In this document: positions 45,452 to 55,075 of the stretch, in pieces
Layout of the letters: every line of letters begins with the position of its first letter
How positions within the stretch are numbered: the stretch's first letter is position 1
The notes under the pieces: generated by a model
Database searches by the model: none
The model's input: the letters and a program-made list of their open reading frames with translations, nothing else
What the model was told of the DNA's origin: nothing
Translations under genes and position numbers: made by a program
Origin: an uncultured Gammaproteobacteria bacterium
Lineage (GTDB): Bacteria; Patescibacteriota; Microgenomatia; UBA12405
NCBI GenBank assembly: GCA_964463925.1
Contig: CAYXDV010000002.1
Location: forward strand, 86,729-150,728
DNA length: 64,000 nt
Direction: 5' to 3'

Positions 45452-46088
45452 AGCCGCGACGAGTATGAATTAGCTCAGGTAAACCAAGTTTTCTCCTTAA
45501 ATTTTTGATATTAACCTCAATAGTATTTGGTAATACTTCAGCTCCAAAACTCCAGATTCGTGAGATTATTTGTTCTTTACTAATAACTTTTTTTTGATTT
45601 CTTAAGAAATATTCTAATAGCGCAAACTCCTTTTGTGATAACTCGATAGTTTTTTTACTACGCTTAACAATCAGAGCAGTCAAATCCATTTCTATATCTT
45701 CAAATTTTAAAATATTTTCAATCATGTTTATTGGTCTCCTGACCAAAGCCCGCATTCTTGACAGCAACTCCTCAAAAGCAAATGGTTTAGCTAAATAGTC
45801 ATCAGCACCACTGTCTAAACCAACCACTTTGTCTCTTACTTGGTCTTTTGCAGTAAGCATTAGAATAGGAGTCTTTATTTTATCTGCACGCAACTTTTTA
45901 CACACTGTAATTCCATCCATTTTAGGCAACATTAAATCTAAAATCACCAAATCATATTCACCACCACCAGCCAAATCATAACCCTCTTCACCATCACTCG
46001 CAATATCCACCACATAATTTTCCTGTCTCAAACCTTTAGCCAAGCCACGGGCTATCCGTTCTTCATCTTCTATAATTAACACTTTCAT
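45420..46088 (-). CDS. OmpR-family response regulator
   Basis: Receiver domain (MKVLIIEDEERI...DLVILDLMLPKMDG...LMLTAKD) and a winged-helix output domain. Confidence 0.9.
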   Translation of the reverse strand: MKVLIIEDEERIARGLAKGLRQENYVVDIASDGEEGYDLAGGGEYDLVILDLMLPKMDGITVCKKLRADKIKTPILMLTAKDQVRDKVVGLDSGADDYLAKPFAFEELLSRMRALVRRPINMIENILKFEDIEMDLTALIVKRSKKTIELSQKEFALLEYFLRNQKKVISKEQIISRIWSFGAEVLPNTIEVNIKNLRRKLGLPELIHTRRGFGYLLDVVHV

Positions 46089-46137
46089 ACTATATTTTAG
46101 TCCTTATTTCCTGAAAAACAGCTGAAACATTTAAATT

Positions 46138-46170
46138 AAACACCCGGCGATATTTATCTACCGGGTGTTT
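46138..46170 (-). terminator. putative rho-independent terminator after the CpxP-like gene
   Basis: Perfect 10-bp stem AAACACCCGG / CCGGGTGTTT with a 13-nt loop. It lies 8 nt beyond the stop. The minus-strand downstream sequence is TTTAATTTAAATGTTT. Confidence 0.5.
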
Positions 46171-46177
46171 AATTTAT

Positions 46178-46645
46178 CTACCATCTCATGCCACGACCCA
46201 TCATCCCCATGCCTCCGCCAAACCCACCACCATTCATCATTCCACCTCGTCCACCACCTAAATAGCTCACGTCAATATTATTACTGGTTACCCAGTCAGA
46301 CACGCCCTGCATGTATGTCTTTCTTTCTAGATCCCAGGAATTCAGTTTTGTTAGCATTTCTTTGTGCTTTTCCAAAATTAAATTTTTCTGACTAGCAGTT
46401 ATTTTTCCATCGGTCACCAAGCTACTCAACCGATCCTCATAATTTTTTTCAGCTTGAGATTGGCGATCTTTTTGTAGCTCATCTACTGCTGTTTGCATTT
46501 TTGACTGAGGCAAGCCCAACTTAGTAGCCAGTTGTTGCCAGATATTTTGAAAAACTGGCGCTGCACCAGTATCAGCAGCCAACGCGGGTTTAGTTGCAAC
46601 TCCTACCGCTAAGGCAGCCATAAATATGATTTGTTTTTTGTTCAT
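46178..46645 (-). CDS. periplasmic CpxP/Spy/ZraP-like protein with a Gly/Met-rich C-terminal tail
   Basis: Signal peptide, helical body with an LTxxQ-like ITASQ, and a tail GGGRGGMMNGGGFGGGMGMMGRGMRW. Confidence 0.45.
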   Translation of the reverse strand: MNKKQIIFMAALAVGVATKPALAADTGAAPVFQNIWQQLATKLGLPQSKMQTAVDELQKDRQSQAEKNYEDRLSSLVTDGKITASQKNLILEKHKEMLTKLNSWDLERKTYMQGVSDWVTSNNIDVSYLGGGRGGMMNGGGFGGGMGMMGRGMRW

Positions 46646-46712
46646 ATTGTTTATTTACATTAACTGTTAATGGGATATTTTGACTATCAAATCTGAAATG
46701 TTTCTGAAACAT

Positions 46713-49700
46713 CTAGACTAGTTTTACTTTGCCACTGCGTCCGAATTTATTCCACCCCACCAGTTTTCCCTCTATAATTGCCAAAAAAGATTTGAAACTA
46801 ATTACATACATAATTTGACGAAAAAATAAACGTTGTACAAAAAGCCATCCTAAATCCCACAATCTTTCTTCACCTTCTAGTATCAAAGCCAAAACTCCTG
46901 CTACCAAATCCAATACTAAAAATAGTAAATAGAAGCGCAGCTGTATGACTGCATTGGTCCAAGAAAAAACCTCGGAATGTAAGTGGCTATTTATCCAACC
47001 AGTCGATAAAGTCACCAGTGCAGTTAAATCTAATAAAGGAGCCAAAATAGGAAATATAATTTGAAATATTATTACTTGGGGTATTGCTATCCAGCCCAAT
47101 CCTGGTTGCCTGAAACTAAAGCATATATCGATATGTTTGTATATTACTTGGATAGTTCCAAACATCCATCTAAATCTTTGTTTGATAAAATTATTTAAAG
47201 TCTCTGGAGCTTCTGTAAAAGCCAGTGCTTCATCTTCATATACCACCCTTTTTCCAGCCTCTAGAATTGCATATGTTAGATCTGCATCTTCTGCCAAAGT
47301 GTCGGTAGCAAACCCTCCCAACCTTAAAACTAAATCTTTTCTCCATGCACCAATCGCTCCGGGAACTACCGTAATCGCATTAATCAAACCAAAGGCTCGT
47401 CTATCTAAATTTTGCGAAGTGATATATTCAACGCTTTGAATTTTTGTCAGCCAATTAATCCGATTTCCCACTTTTACATTCCCAGCCACTGCTCCAATTT
47501 CATCATTACTAAAATGGCTAACTAACTTAGTAATTGTCTTTCTAGTAAATATTGTATCCGCATCAATAATAACCACTATTTCACCTTTGGCTTTTTGTAA
47601 CCCAAGATTAATACTGGCGGCCTTTCCAGAGTTCGGTTTATCAACTACCTTTGCTCGGGAATCCTTATTTTTACAAAGTTCTAGTACATGCAAAGTATTG
47701 TCTGTAGATCCGTCATTCACTGCTACTACTTCCAGTTTTTTATAATCAGAATTCAAAACACTATTAATGGTTCTTTCTACTACTACAGCTTCATTAAAAG
47801 CAGGAATAATCACGCTTACCAAGCCCGTAAATGTGCCTACGTCTTTCCCAAGACTTTGCTTAAGCCGAGCAATTACAGCTAATATGGATACTAATAAAAA
47901 TCTACCAAGACCTAATACAATTCCTCCAAAAAACATATAATAAAGGCAAAATCTAAACAAATCCAATAACCAAAATCCCAGCATATCCACTCTCAACATA
48001 TTCTTTTCTTCCGAGGAAACCATAGGCATAATTTGCTGCGGTGAGACACCAATTAGTGTAGACACAGGAACAATCTTCCAGCCACTATTTTGTAAAGCTT
48101 CAATCAGTTTTGGAAGTGCTAGCACAGTTTGACTTCTGTCGCCTCCACTATCATGTAGCAGGATAACCCTACCTCTATTTTCTGAAAGTTGTTTCAAACT
48201 TTCTTCAATTATTTGAGTAGAACTAGTTTTGTCCCAATCTTTTGGATCTATGCCTATGCCAACAGTATAGTAACCTAACTGACTTGATTCCATTAAGGGT
48301 TTTACTTGCTCAGGTGTTTCCGGTTCTATATCCTCGGCATAAGGCGGTCTAAATAGTAGAGTACTTATGCCCAGTCTACTCTGCAACAATCTATCAGTCG
48401 TGTTTAACTCCAATTTTAACTGGCCATAGCCAATTGCACTAATGTCTGGATGACTAAATGTATGATTCCCTAGTTCGTGCCCTTCTTTATATGTCCGCTG
48501 TAAAATATTTGTATTCTTATCAGCATTGTCGCCTGTTACAAAGAAAGTCGCTTTTATTCCATATTTCTTCAGAATATCTAATATTTTTGGGGTATAAACC
48601 GCATCAGGACCGTCGTCAAAAGTCAGAGCAACTTCTTTCTCCTTTGGTAGTCCGTGTCTGTCAATTACATAACCGCTAGGAAAAGAAAGCACTTCTTCAC
48701 CATTAATCAACCCTGATTCTGGATCAAAAGTTATTTTTCGCTGCCCCTCTTTGGGTGCCGCCACAACTTTTAAAATTTCACCGCTGCCTTCATAATCTAT
48801 GTCAAAACCATATTCCATTTTTTCTAAGTCCTGGCTTTTTGTCCTATCCAAGTCAATCTGCAAACTCCACAAATTCCACACCGCTGGGTCTTCGGACCCT
48901 AGACGCCACAAAGCGATACCCCCTATTTTTACTTTTTTTAATTCGTGGATTTGGTTAAAAACAGTAATCGAATCAGTAAAAAAAACCTTTCTTAAATTGT
49001 TGTTCTCATCGTAATATTCATAGGTAGGATTTAAATTTGTCGCATCAAGTTTAATTTTAGCTTGACTCTCTTTTGCAATCCTTATAGCCTCTTGAAAAGA
49101 TATGTCGTTGGCATTTCCTGTCTGTGGCCAATCATAGCCATAATTAGCCAATGCTACTATCATTTTTTCAGCTGGAATTCTGTCTAAATTTTTATTTATC
49201 ACTTGCACAAACCAATTTTGTGAGGCGACAGGACCACTCGGCCCCCCTGGCCAATGTTCATCATAAGCCATCACGATTACCCAATCTGCAGTTAATCCTA
49301 TCTGATGATATTCTGTCTCCGGATTATCTGCTGGTACTGATACTGCTAATTGCCAGCTATGTAGCTGCATAACTTGTTTCAATTGGCTCAAAAAAGTTGG
49401 TAGTTTCTTTTGAGAGTTAGACGATAAGTTTTCCCAATCTATTGCCAATCCCTGATAATTGTTTGACATCATATATTTGGTTAAATCTTCAATTAGTGCT
49501 TTTTGCTTGGCTGGATCATCTAATAACTTATCAATCCAATCAGTCTGCCAATCTCCAGAATTTGCTTCATAGTTATTTATCAACGGCCAAATTTCTGTTT
49601 TAGAGGAATTTTGCCTGATAAAATCAGTTATTAATTTCTCTTTTTTGGGATTATCTATCTCTATATTGCCTAATCTATTTAGATGCAGATTCTCTGGAAT

Positions 49701-50081
49701 AATCACATCTAATTTCCCAAGATTTTGTCGCAATGATGTAAAGCTAGTATCGTCCCAATTCACCACAAAACCAACTCTCTTTTCTTGGCCTGATGTCACT
49801 GGTACGTTTTGCAATGAGACTGTCGTAGGACGCGGTTTCAAGCTAAGTAGCCTGCTTTTGGCCCGACTGTACTTTGCCTCTTTATCGTTGACTACCGATC
49901 TGAGTTTCGGAAGTTTAGGAGCTTGCAAGCTTATTTCTGGTAAATGTGGTATTTCCAATATGGTTAGTCCTGTGGCTATTCCAACCAGCCCCAGCAAAGT
50001 CAATATAAAAGTTAAACTAATCCAAAAGATTTTTTTACGTCTTCCTCCTGGATCAAAAAATACAAAGTTATGGTTCTCCAT
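46713..50081 (-). CDS. trifunctional exopolysaccharide enzyme: GH18-like domain + NodB polysaccharide deacetylase + processive family-2 glycosyltransferase
   Basis: 1122 aa with an N-terminal TM. GH18-like YQGLAIDWENL. NodB motifs ALTFDDGPD and HTFSHP. GT2 motifs IIPAFNE, NDGSTDNT, IDADT and QRFRW (Q-x-x-R-W of processive beta-GTs). C-terminal TM helices. Confidence 0.8.
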   Translation of the reverse strand: MENHNFVFFDPGGRRKKIFWISLTFILTLLGLVGIATGLTILEIPHLPEISLQAPKLPKLRSVVNDKEAKYSRAKSRLLSLKPRPTTVSLQNVPVTSGQEKRVGFVVNWDDTSFTSLRQNLGKLDVIIPENLHLNRLGNIEIDNPKKEKLITDFIRQNSSKTEIWPLINNYEANSGDWQTDWIDKLLDDPAKQKALIEDLTKYMMSNNYQGLAIDWENLSSNSQKKLPTFLSQLKQVMQLHSWQLAVSVPADNPETEYHQIGLTADWVIVMAYDEHWPGGPSGPVASQNWFVQVINKNLDRIPAEKMIVALANYGYDWPQTGNANDISFQEAIRIAKESQAKIKLDATNLNPTYEYYDENNNLRKVFFTDSITVFNQIHELKKVKIGGIALWRLGSEDPAVWNLWSLQIDLDRTKSQDLEKMEYGFDIDYEGSGEILKVVAAPKEGQRKITFDPESGLINGEEVLSFPSGYVIDRHGLPKEKEVALTFDDGPDAVYTPKILDILKKYGIKATFFVTGDNADKNTNILQRTYKEGHELGNHTFSHPDISAIGYGQLKLELNTTDRLLQSRLGISTLLFRPPYAEDIEPETPEQVKPLMESSQLGYYTVGIGIDPKDWDKTSSTQIIEESLKQLSENRGRVILLHDSGGDRSQTVLALPKLIEALQNSGWKIVPVSTLIGVSPQQIMPMVSSEEKNMLRVDMLGFWLLDLFRFCLYYMFFGGIVLGLGRFLLVSILAVIARLKQSLGKDVGTFTGLVSVIIPAFNEAVVVERTINSVLNSDYKKLEVVAVNDGSTDNTLHVLELCKNKDSRAKVVDKPNSGKAASINLGLQKAKGEIVVIIDADTIFTRKTITKLVSHFSNDEIGAVAGNVKVGNRINWLTKIQSVEYITSQNLDRRAFGLINAITVVPGAIGAWRKDLVLRLGGFATDTLAEDADLTYAILEAGKRVVYEDEALAFTEAPETLNNFIKQRFRWMFGTIQVIYKHIDICFSFRQPGLGWIAIPQVIIFQIIFPILAPLLDLTALVTLSTGWINSHLHSEVFSWTNAVIQLRFYLLFLVLDLVAGVLALILEGEERLWDLGWLFVQRLFFRQIMYVISFKSFLAIIEGKLVGWNKFGRSGKVKLV

Positions 50082-50104
50082 TTTTAGCTAGTATAACCCC
50101 ACCC

Positions 50105-50731
50105 CTAATAACAAAAAAAATTCTCTACTTTTTTTAACAAATTAGCTTGACTTTCAATTACCTTCCTTTGGCTCTCAAAACAACTCAACAAATTTCTTTT
50201 TTGATTCCAAACCTGCCCTATTTCTACTCTGCAGTTGGTAGCTTTCGAATTGTATAAAAAAAGTTTTGGTCTTCCACGGTGTTTTCCTCCCAAACTTGGC
50301 AAGGTAGCATCTATCAAAATCACGTCGAGACTAGCCTCAGCTATTACCCTATGATCAGGATGATAGTCTTCATGCAGACTATGCTGTTTTTCTGGGTCAA
50401 AGGTATATATCAAATCTGGTTCGAAACTATTAATAATCTCAAGTAACCTTTGTTTATATTCGCGAATTTTATATTCCAATCTCGAATCTTCAAACCCCAT
50501 ATGAATTATCTTTTTTGCTCCCAAAATTTCTGCTGCCTTTTGCTGTTCCTGCTTCCTCTCCTCAATAATCAGTGTTCCTTTTTTACTTCCATCATGTCCA
50601 TGTCTACCATCTGTAGCAATCACCATTACCAATTCAATTTTGTCCCTATTCAAAAGCAAACTGCCGCCGGCGTAAAACTCAATATCGTCAGCGTGGGCTC
50701 CAATCGCTAGTACTTTATTTTTTTTATGCAT
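50105..50731 (-). CDS. PIG-L/LmbE-family N-acetylglucosaminyl deacetylase
   Basis: LAIGAHADDIEFYAGGS at the N-terminus, and an HPDH motif. Confidence 0.8.
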   Translation of the reverse strand: MHKKNKVLAIGAHADDIEFYAGGSLLLNRDKIELVMVIATDGRHGHDGSKKGTLIIEERKQEQQKAAEILGAKKIIHMGFEDSRLEYKIREYKQRLLEIINSFEPDLIYTFDPEKQHSLHEDYHPDHRVIAEASLDVILIDATLPSLGGKHRGRPKLFLYNSKATNCRVEIGQVWNQKRNLLSCFESQRKVIESQANLLKKVENFFCY

Positions 50732-50871
50732 AAAAAATCCCCCAAGCTGGGGGATAAGTATTTGCTGTTTTTACAACTACTCAGTTCCCCAGCCAAGCAG
50801 GGGACAACAGCAAATGCAATTTACAATCATTAACATACTGGCATTATACCTTACTTGATCTAAAATTCAGT

Positions 50872-51936
50872 ATGTTTTATTCTTTTCAAAATTTTATCTA
50901 TCAATCTCTTCTCAAGCCGGTTTTTTTTCTACTTGATGCCGAGTTTATTCACGACATGCTTACTAGCACAGGTCTATTCTTAGGCAAATTCAGCCCCAGT
51001 CGTTTTCTAACTCGGCTGGTTTTGCGCCCTTCTCTAGAAACACATACAAAAATTATTGATGGCATAAGGTTTCCCGGCTTAGTCGGCCTACCAGCTGGTT
51101 TTGACTACAATGCCAACCTCACCCAGATTTTGCCAGAAGTTGGCTTTGGTTTCATTACTATTGGTACAATCACCTTAGAACCCTACGCTGGCAATCCCAA
51201 GCCACGCTTAGGACGTTTTCCCAAATCTAAAGCCTTGCTGGTCAATAAAGGACTCAAAACTATTGGTGCCCGTGCCGTTATCTCAAAATTAAAAAATCTA
51301 ACTTTTACCGTACCTATTGGGATTAGTATCGGCGCCACCAATCGAGCCTACAAAAACTCCCAAGAGCAAATAGACAACTATTACCAATGTTTTCAACTCT
51401 TTGAAGAATCCAAAGTCTCCCATTCCTATTATGAATTAAACATTAGCTGCCCCAACACTTTTGGTGGCGAGCCCTTCACTACTATTTCTCGGCTAGATAA
51501 ATTGTTAACCACTCTCAATAAATTAAAAATTTCTCGTCCGGTTTACATAAAAATGCCCATCGATTTATCAGAAGAGGATATTCTGAATCTGTTAAATGCT
51601 TCTCAAAAATATAGATTTATTTCTGGTGTTATTTTTGGCAACTTGACCAAAGATCACAATAATCCACATGTGCATCCAGACGACTCTAAGCTTTGGGCCA
51701 AATCAATTGGCAATCTTTCTGGCGCCCCTACTTTTCATAGATCCAATCAGCTAATTGCTCTAACCAAAAAACATTTTGCCAAACGTTTTACTATTATTGG
51801 CTGTGGCGGTATTTTTTCCACTCAAGATGCTCAAACCAAACTAGATCTTGGAGCTGATTTGGTCCAACTAATTACCGGAATGATTTACCAGGGTCCCCAG
51901 TTAATAGGGGAAATCAACCGATCTCTAAGACCATGA
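50872..51936 (+). CDS. pyrD: dihydroorotate dehydrogenase (quinone), class 2
   Basis: N-terminal membrane-association helix, GLPAGFDYN, NISCPNT, GNLSGAP, and IGCGGIFSTQDAQTKLDLGADLVQLITGMIYQGP. Confidence 0.9.
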   Translation: MFYSFQNFIYQSLLKPVFFLLDAEFIHDMLTSTGLFLGKFSPSRFLTRLVLRPSLETHTKIIDGIRFPGLVGLPAGFDYNANLTQILPEVGFGFITIGTITLEPYAGNPKPRLGRFPKSKALLVNKGLKTIGARAVISKLKNLTFTVPIGISIGATNRAYKNSQEQIDNYYQCFQLFEESKVSHSYYELNISCPNTFGGEPFTTISRLDKLLTTLNKLKISRPVYIKMPIDLSEEDILNLLNASQKYRFISGVIFGNLTKDHNNPHVHPDDSKLWAKSIGNLSGAPTFHRSNQLIALTKKHFAKRFTIIGCGGIFSTQDAQTKLDLGADLVQLITGMIYQGPQLIGEINRSLRP

Positions 51937-52619
51937 TTACCCTTTTTTTGTTTGTTCTAAATTTTCTAAGCCATCCTACATTTGCCCAGAGCAAAAAAGT
52001 TGCTCTGACTTTTGATGCCGATTTAACACCCTACATGCTTTCAGAACTAAAGACTGGTAAAGTAAAATCTTGGTATAACTCCAAAGTAATTGGCCTTTTA
52101 CAAAAAACTAACACCCCGGCCACTTTATTTCTCACTGGTATGTGGGCCGAACAATATCCTGAAATTACCAAAAGCCTTAGTCAAGACTCTCTGTTTGAAA
52201 TTGGCAACCACTCTTACTCTCATCCCGGTTTTCACCAACCCTGCTATGGTTTAAGCCAAGTTTCTGAAGTAGACAAAAAATTGGAAATCCAAAAAACCCA
52301 AAACATTTTACAAAAGTTAACCAACCAGCAACCAAAACTATTTCGCTTTCCTGGTGGTTGCGGGGATTCTTCTGACATCCAGTTAGTTGAAAAAATGGGA
52401 TTAAAAGTAATTGGCTGGGACATATCTTCAGGTGATGCCTTTAATCCTTATCCCAAAAAAATTATCCATCAAGTTTTAAATAATCTAAAAGATAATGCCA
52501 TTATTGTTTTTCATCTAAATGGTAGCCCCAATGCGCCTGCCACTGCCTCTGTCCTAAAAACTCTCCTGCCTATCCTACATCAAAAAGGGTACATGGCTGT
52601 TAAAGTAACTGATTTGTAA
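51933..52619 (+). CDS. secreted NodB-type polysaccharide deacetylase
   Basis: Signal peptide, then NodB motifs LTFDADL and HSYSHP. Confidence 0.75.
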   Translation: MITLFLFVLNFLSHPTFAQSKKVALTFDADLTPYMLSELKTGKVKSWYNSKVIGLLQKTNTPATLFLTGMWAEQYPEITKSLSQDSLFEIGNHSYSHPGFHQPCYGLSQVSEVDKKLEIQKTQNILQKLTNQQPKLFRFPGGCGDSSDIQLVEKMGLKVIGWDISSGDAFNPYPKKIIHQVLNNLKDNAIIVFHLNGSPNAPATASVLKTLLPILHQKGYMAVKVTDL

Positions 52620-52757
52620 GCCTTTACTTTGGCCAGCTTATCTACTTTTGACAAAACTCCAGACCGTTGATTAGCTTCACTTTGGTGTCAGTTAAATTGC
52701 ACACAGATGTTTAAGAGTTCTTCTTTGATAAATCCCATAATCATATTACAATAAGCC

Positions 52758-54134
52758 ATGTCAAAAATAAGATTGATAATTGCGGCCTGCTTAGTTTTAT
52801 TGTTTGTTCAACTCACCAAGGTTGTCCTTGCCGGCAGCGGTGGTCCAGACCATGCTCGTTTTTTCTTTCTAGATCCCCAGAACTATGCTGCTGGCGGGTC
52901 AGTCATAATCCTAAAAAAGGATAGTCAGACGGGAATTATTAGCGATGTTACTACCGATCAAACCTTAGTAACCTTAAAAACCGGAAACTATTATTTTGGC
53001 AAATTAGCCCCAGATTGCTCAGGTGTATTGGAGTTCGATTATCCTCCAGCTAATAGTTATTATTCTTACGACTTGCGTTGGGTCAAAGAAAACAATCTAT
53101 ATCAAAATAATGTTCAGATTTTAGATACTAACTTTTTTAAATTTGGAGAAAATTTTTTGACTGATCATAATCCCGCTTCTGTTCATTATGTCTCTCTGCA
53201 AGTAAACGGCTTTGACTTTAATGGAGATGGTATAGTTACCCCAGAAGAGCTAAGTCAGACACGATTACTGCAAAATCAAAATTGTGGTTCTGGATCGGTT
53301 TATTACTATGGTAACGGCGGTTCTCCCACCCCTACCCTTTGGCCTACCACTACCCCGACCGCAACTCCCACCACTTCTCCTACAGTTACTCCAATTCCAA
53401 CTCTAGTTCCCACATCCACGCCTACTCCTACGCCAACACCAATTAGTATGAATAGCCTTGGTTTTCAAGATCCTGGGGCAATTACAGTCACTGTTTCTCC
53501 TGGCAATATTCAATTTGCCTTTAATCTAACTTCTATTTCTGCAACCCAATTTAGCTTCTATAGTTATCCTACCTCTTATGGTCCTGGCATCAACACCAAT
53601 CCATCTAGCGGGGGAATAACGCCTGGTCAAACTATATCTATTTCAATCTCAATCAACTCTAATGTTCCACTCGGTGTCTATACTGGTTATCAAAAAGTAG
53701 TTTCCTCACAGGGTCCAAATATTTACGCCCAGATACCTTTTACTGTCAATGTTGTGCAGGCAGTTCCCACATCTACCCCCAACCCTCTCCCAACCTTCAC
53801 TCCCACCCCTACGCTCATGCCAACTTTGATACCTACCCCGACCGCTATGCCCGCTCTTTCTTTTACCAATGTCTATGTTTCTTCTCTAACTAAAACTTCG
53901 GCTAACATCAACTGGACCACAAATTTGGCTTCTACTTCTCTAGTAAAATACGGCCCATCTGCAACCAGATTAGACCAATCAACCGCTGAACTTCTGTCCA
54001 ACCAGCAGAATCATTTAATTTCCCTCTCTGGATTGACCAAACAAAAAACTTATTACTACCAAATATATAGTCGGGATTATACAGGGCTGCTCAAAACAGA
54101 CGGTAAAACCTATTCCTTTACTACTACAAAATAA
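52758..54134 (+). CDS. secreted Pro/Thr-rich surface protein with a C-terminal fibronectin-III-like domain
   Basis: Signal peptide, PT-linkers (TPTATPTTSPTVTPIPTLVPTSTPTPTPTP), and a C-terminal Fn3-like region (VSSLTKTSANINWTT...VKYGPS). Confidence 0.55.
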   Translation: MSKIRLIIAACLVLLFVQLTKVVLAGSGGPDHARFFFLDPQNYAAGGSVIILKKDSQTGIISDVTTDQTLVTLKTGNYYFGKLAPDCSGVLEFDYPPANSYYSYDLRWVKENNLYQNNVQILDTNFFKFGENFLTDHNPASVHYVSLQVNGFDFNGDGIVTPEELSQTRLLQNQNCGSGSVYYYGNGGSPTPTLWPTTTPTATPTTSPTVTPIPTLVPTSTPTPTPTPISMNSLGFQDPGAITVTVSPGNIQFAFNLTSISATQFSFYSYPTSYGPGINTNPSSGGITPGQTISISISINSNVPLGVYTGYQKVVSSQGPNIYAQIPFTVNVVQAVPTSTPNPLPTFTPTPTLMPTLIPTPTAMPALSFTNVYVSSLTKTSANINWTTNLASTSLVKYGPSATRLDQSTAELLSNQQNHLISLSGLTKQKTYYYQIYSRDYTGLLKTDGKTYSFTTTK

Positions 54135-54229
54135 CAACTATCTAAAGACAAATGCGAGTTTTCTGAAAGTTTTCTGAAAGTGAATACAGATTCTAGTTCT
54201 TGATCGAGTCACATAGAACTTTGACCCTT

Positions 54230-54320
54230 TGGCGGTAGGAGAGGGAGTCGAACCCTCATGCCGCTTTTTACACGACGCAGGTTTAGCAAACCTGTGGCTT
54301 ACCATTCGCCGCATCCTACC
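54230..54320 (-). tRNA. tRNA-Ser (anticodon GCU), class II, CCA encoded
   Basis: Acceptor GGTAGGA/TCCTACC, anticodon stem CAGGT/ACCTG with loop TTGCTAA, long variable arm, T-arm GAGGG-TTCGACT-CCCTC, discriminator G, and 3' CCA. Confidence 0.85.
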
Positions 54321-54380
54321 TTAGCCAATTCTAGGCTTCGCAAGTATACCAAAGTAAGCCAAAATCGCGTATATTAAGAT

Positions 54381-54962
54381 ATGGTAGAAGCTAAAAAAGA
54401 AATAAAGGATGAAACAACTTCCACAGAAAAAAACCAGCAAGATCTAAACGAGGAAAAAGTCTGGTATTCGTGGCAGGCTCCAGTGCGAGCATTCAGACGG
54501 CAAGATACTCAATTTTGGACTACAATTCTTTCAATATTGGCCTTAGTGGCCATAATCTTCTTTTTTGCCAAAGACTTTCTGGTGATTATTCCGGCAGCTT
54601 CGGCTATTTTTTTATATTACGTCTTGTCAAGTGTTCCTCCTGAAACAGGGGAGAACAAGATCACCAATCGTGGTGTTTATTTCGGTCCAAATTTCTTTCC
54701 TTGGTCGCAAATCAGTCATTTTTGGCTCAATAAAACTGGCGACGATCATGCACTTTATTTAGAAACTTTTAGTCCCAACCTTTTTAATCGACAAGTAGTA
54801 CTTTTAGTCCCTTCCTCCGAAGTGGATCAAATAAAAGAACTTTGCCTACGCAACATACCATTAGTTGAGAATCCGCCTCGTTTTATAGACAGATTTACCG
54901 AGTCTTTGGGAAAATTACTCCCATTTGAAGACAAAGAATCCAAACCTACTCACAAATCTTAG
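54381..54962 (+). CDS. hypothetical membrane protein
   Basis: 193 aa with two central TMs (TTILSILALVAIIFFFAKDFLVIIPAASAIFLYYVL). Confidence 0.5.
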   Translation: MVEAKKEIKDETTSTEKNQQDLNEEKVWYSWQAPVRAFRRQDTQFWTTILSILALVAIIFFFAKDFLVIIPAASAIFLYYVLSSVPPETGENKITNRGVYFGPNFFPWSQISHFWLNKTGDDHALYLETFSPNLFNRQVVLLVPSSEVDQIKELCLRNIPLVENPPRFIDRFTESLGKLLPFEDKESKPTHKS

Positions 54963-54991
54963 CCGTAAGATAAGGTATAATATGCAACTTC

Positions 54992-55065
54992 GCGCCCGTA
55001 GCTTAATTGGATAGAGCATTGGTTTGCGGAACCAAAGGTTGCTGGTTCAAGTCCAGCCGGGCGCA
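54992..55065 (+). tRNA. tRNA-Arg (anticodon read as GCG)
   Basis: Acceptor GCGCCCG/CGGGCGC, D-loop with A20, anticodon stem TTGGT/ACCAA with loop TTGCGGA, T-arm GCTGG-TTCAAGT-CCAGC, discriminator A. A GCG anticodon is unusual for Bacteria. Confidence 0.7.
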
Positions 55066-55075
55066 CACATAAATT

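Noticed and set aside
54160-54183. Tandem duplication GTTTTCTGAAAG x2 downstream of the Fn3 surface-protein gene
   Set aside because: It is only two short units in an intergenic tail, with no structure or known motif. It is more likely a trivial slippage duplication.
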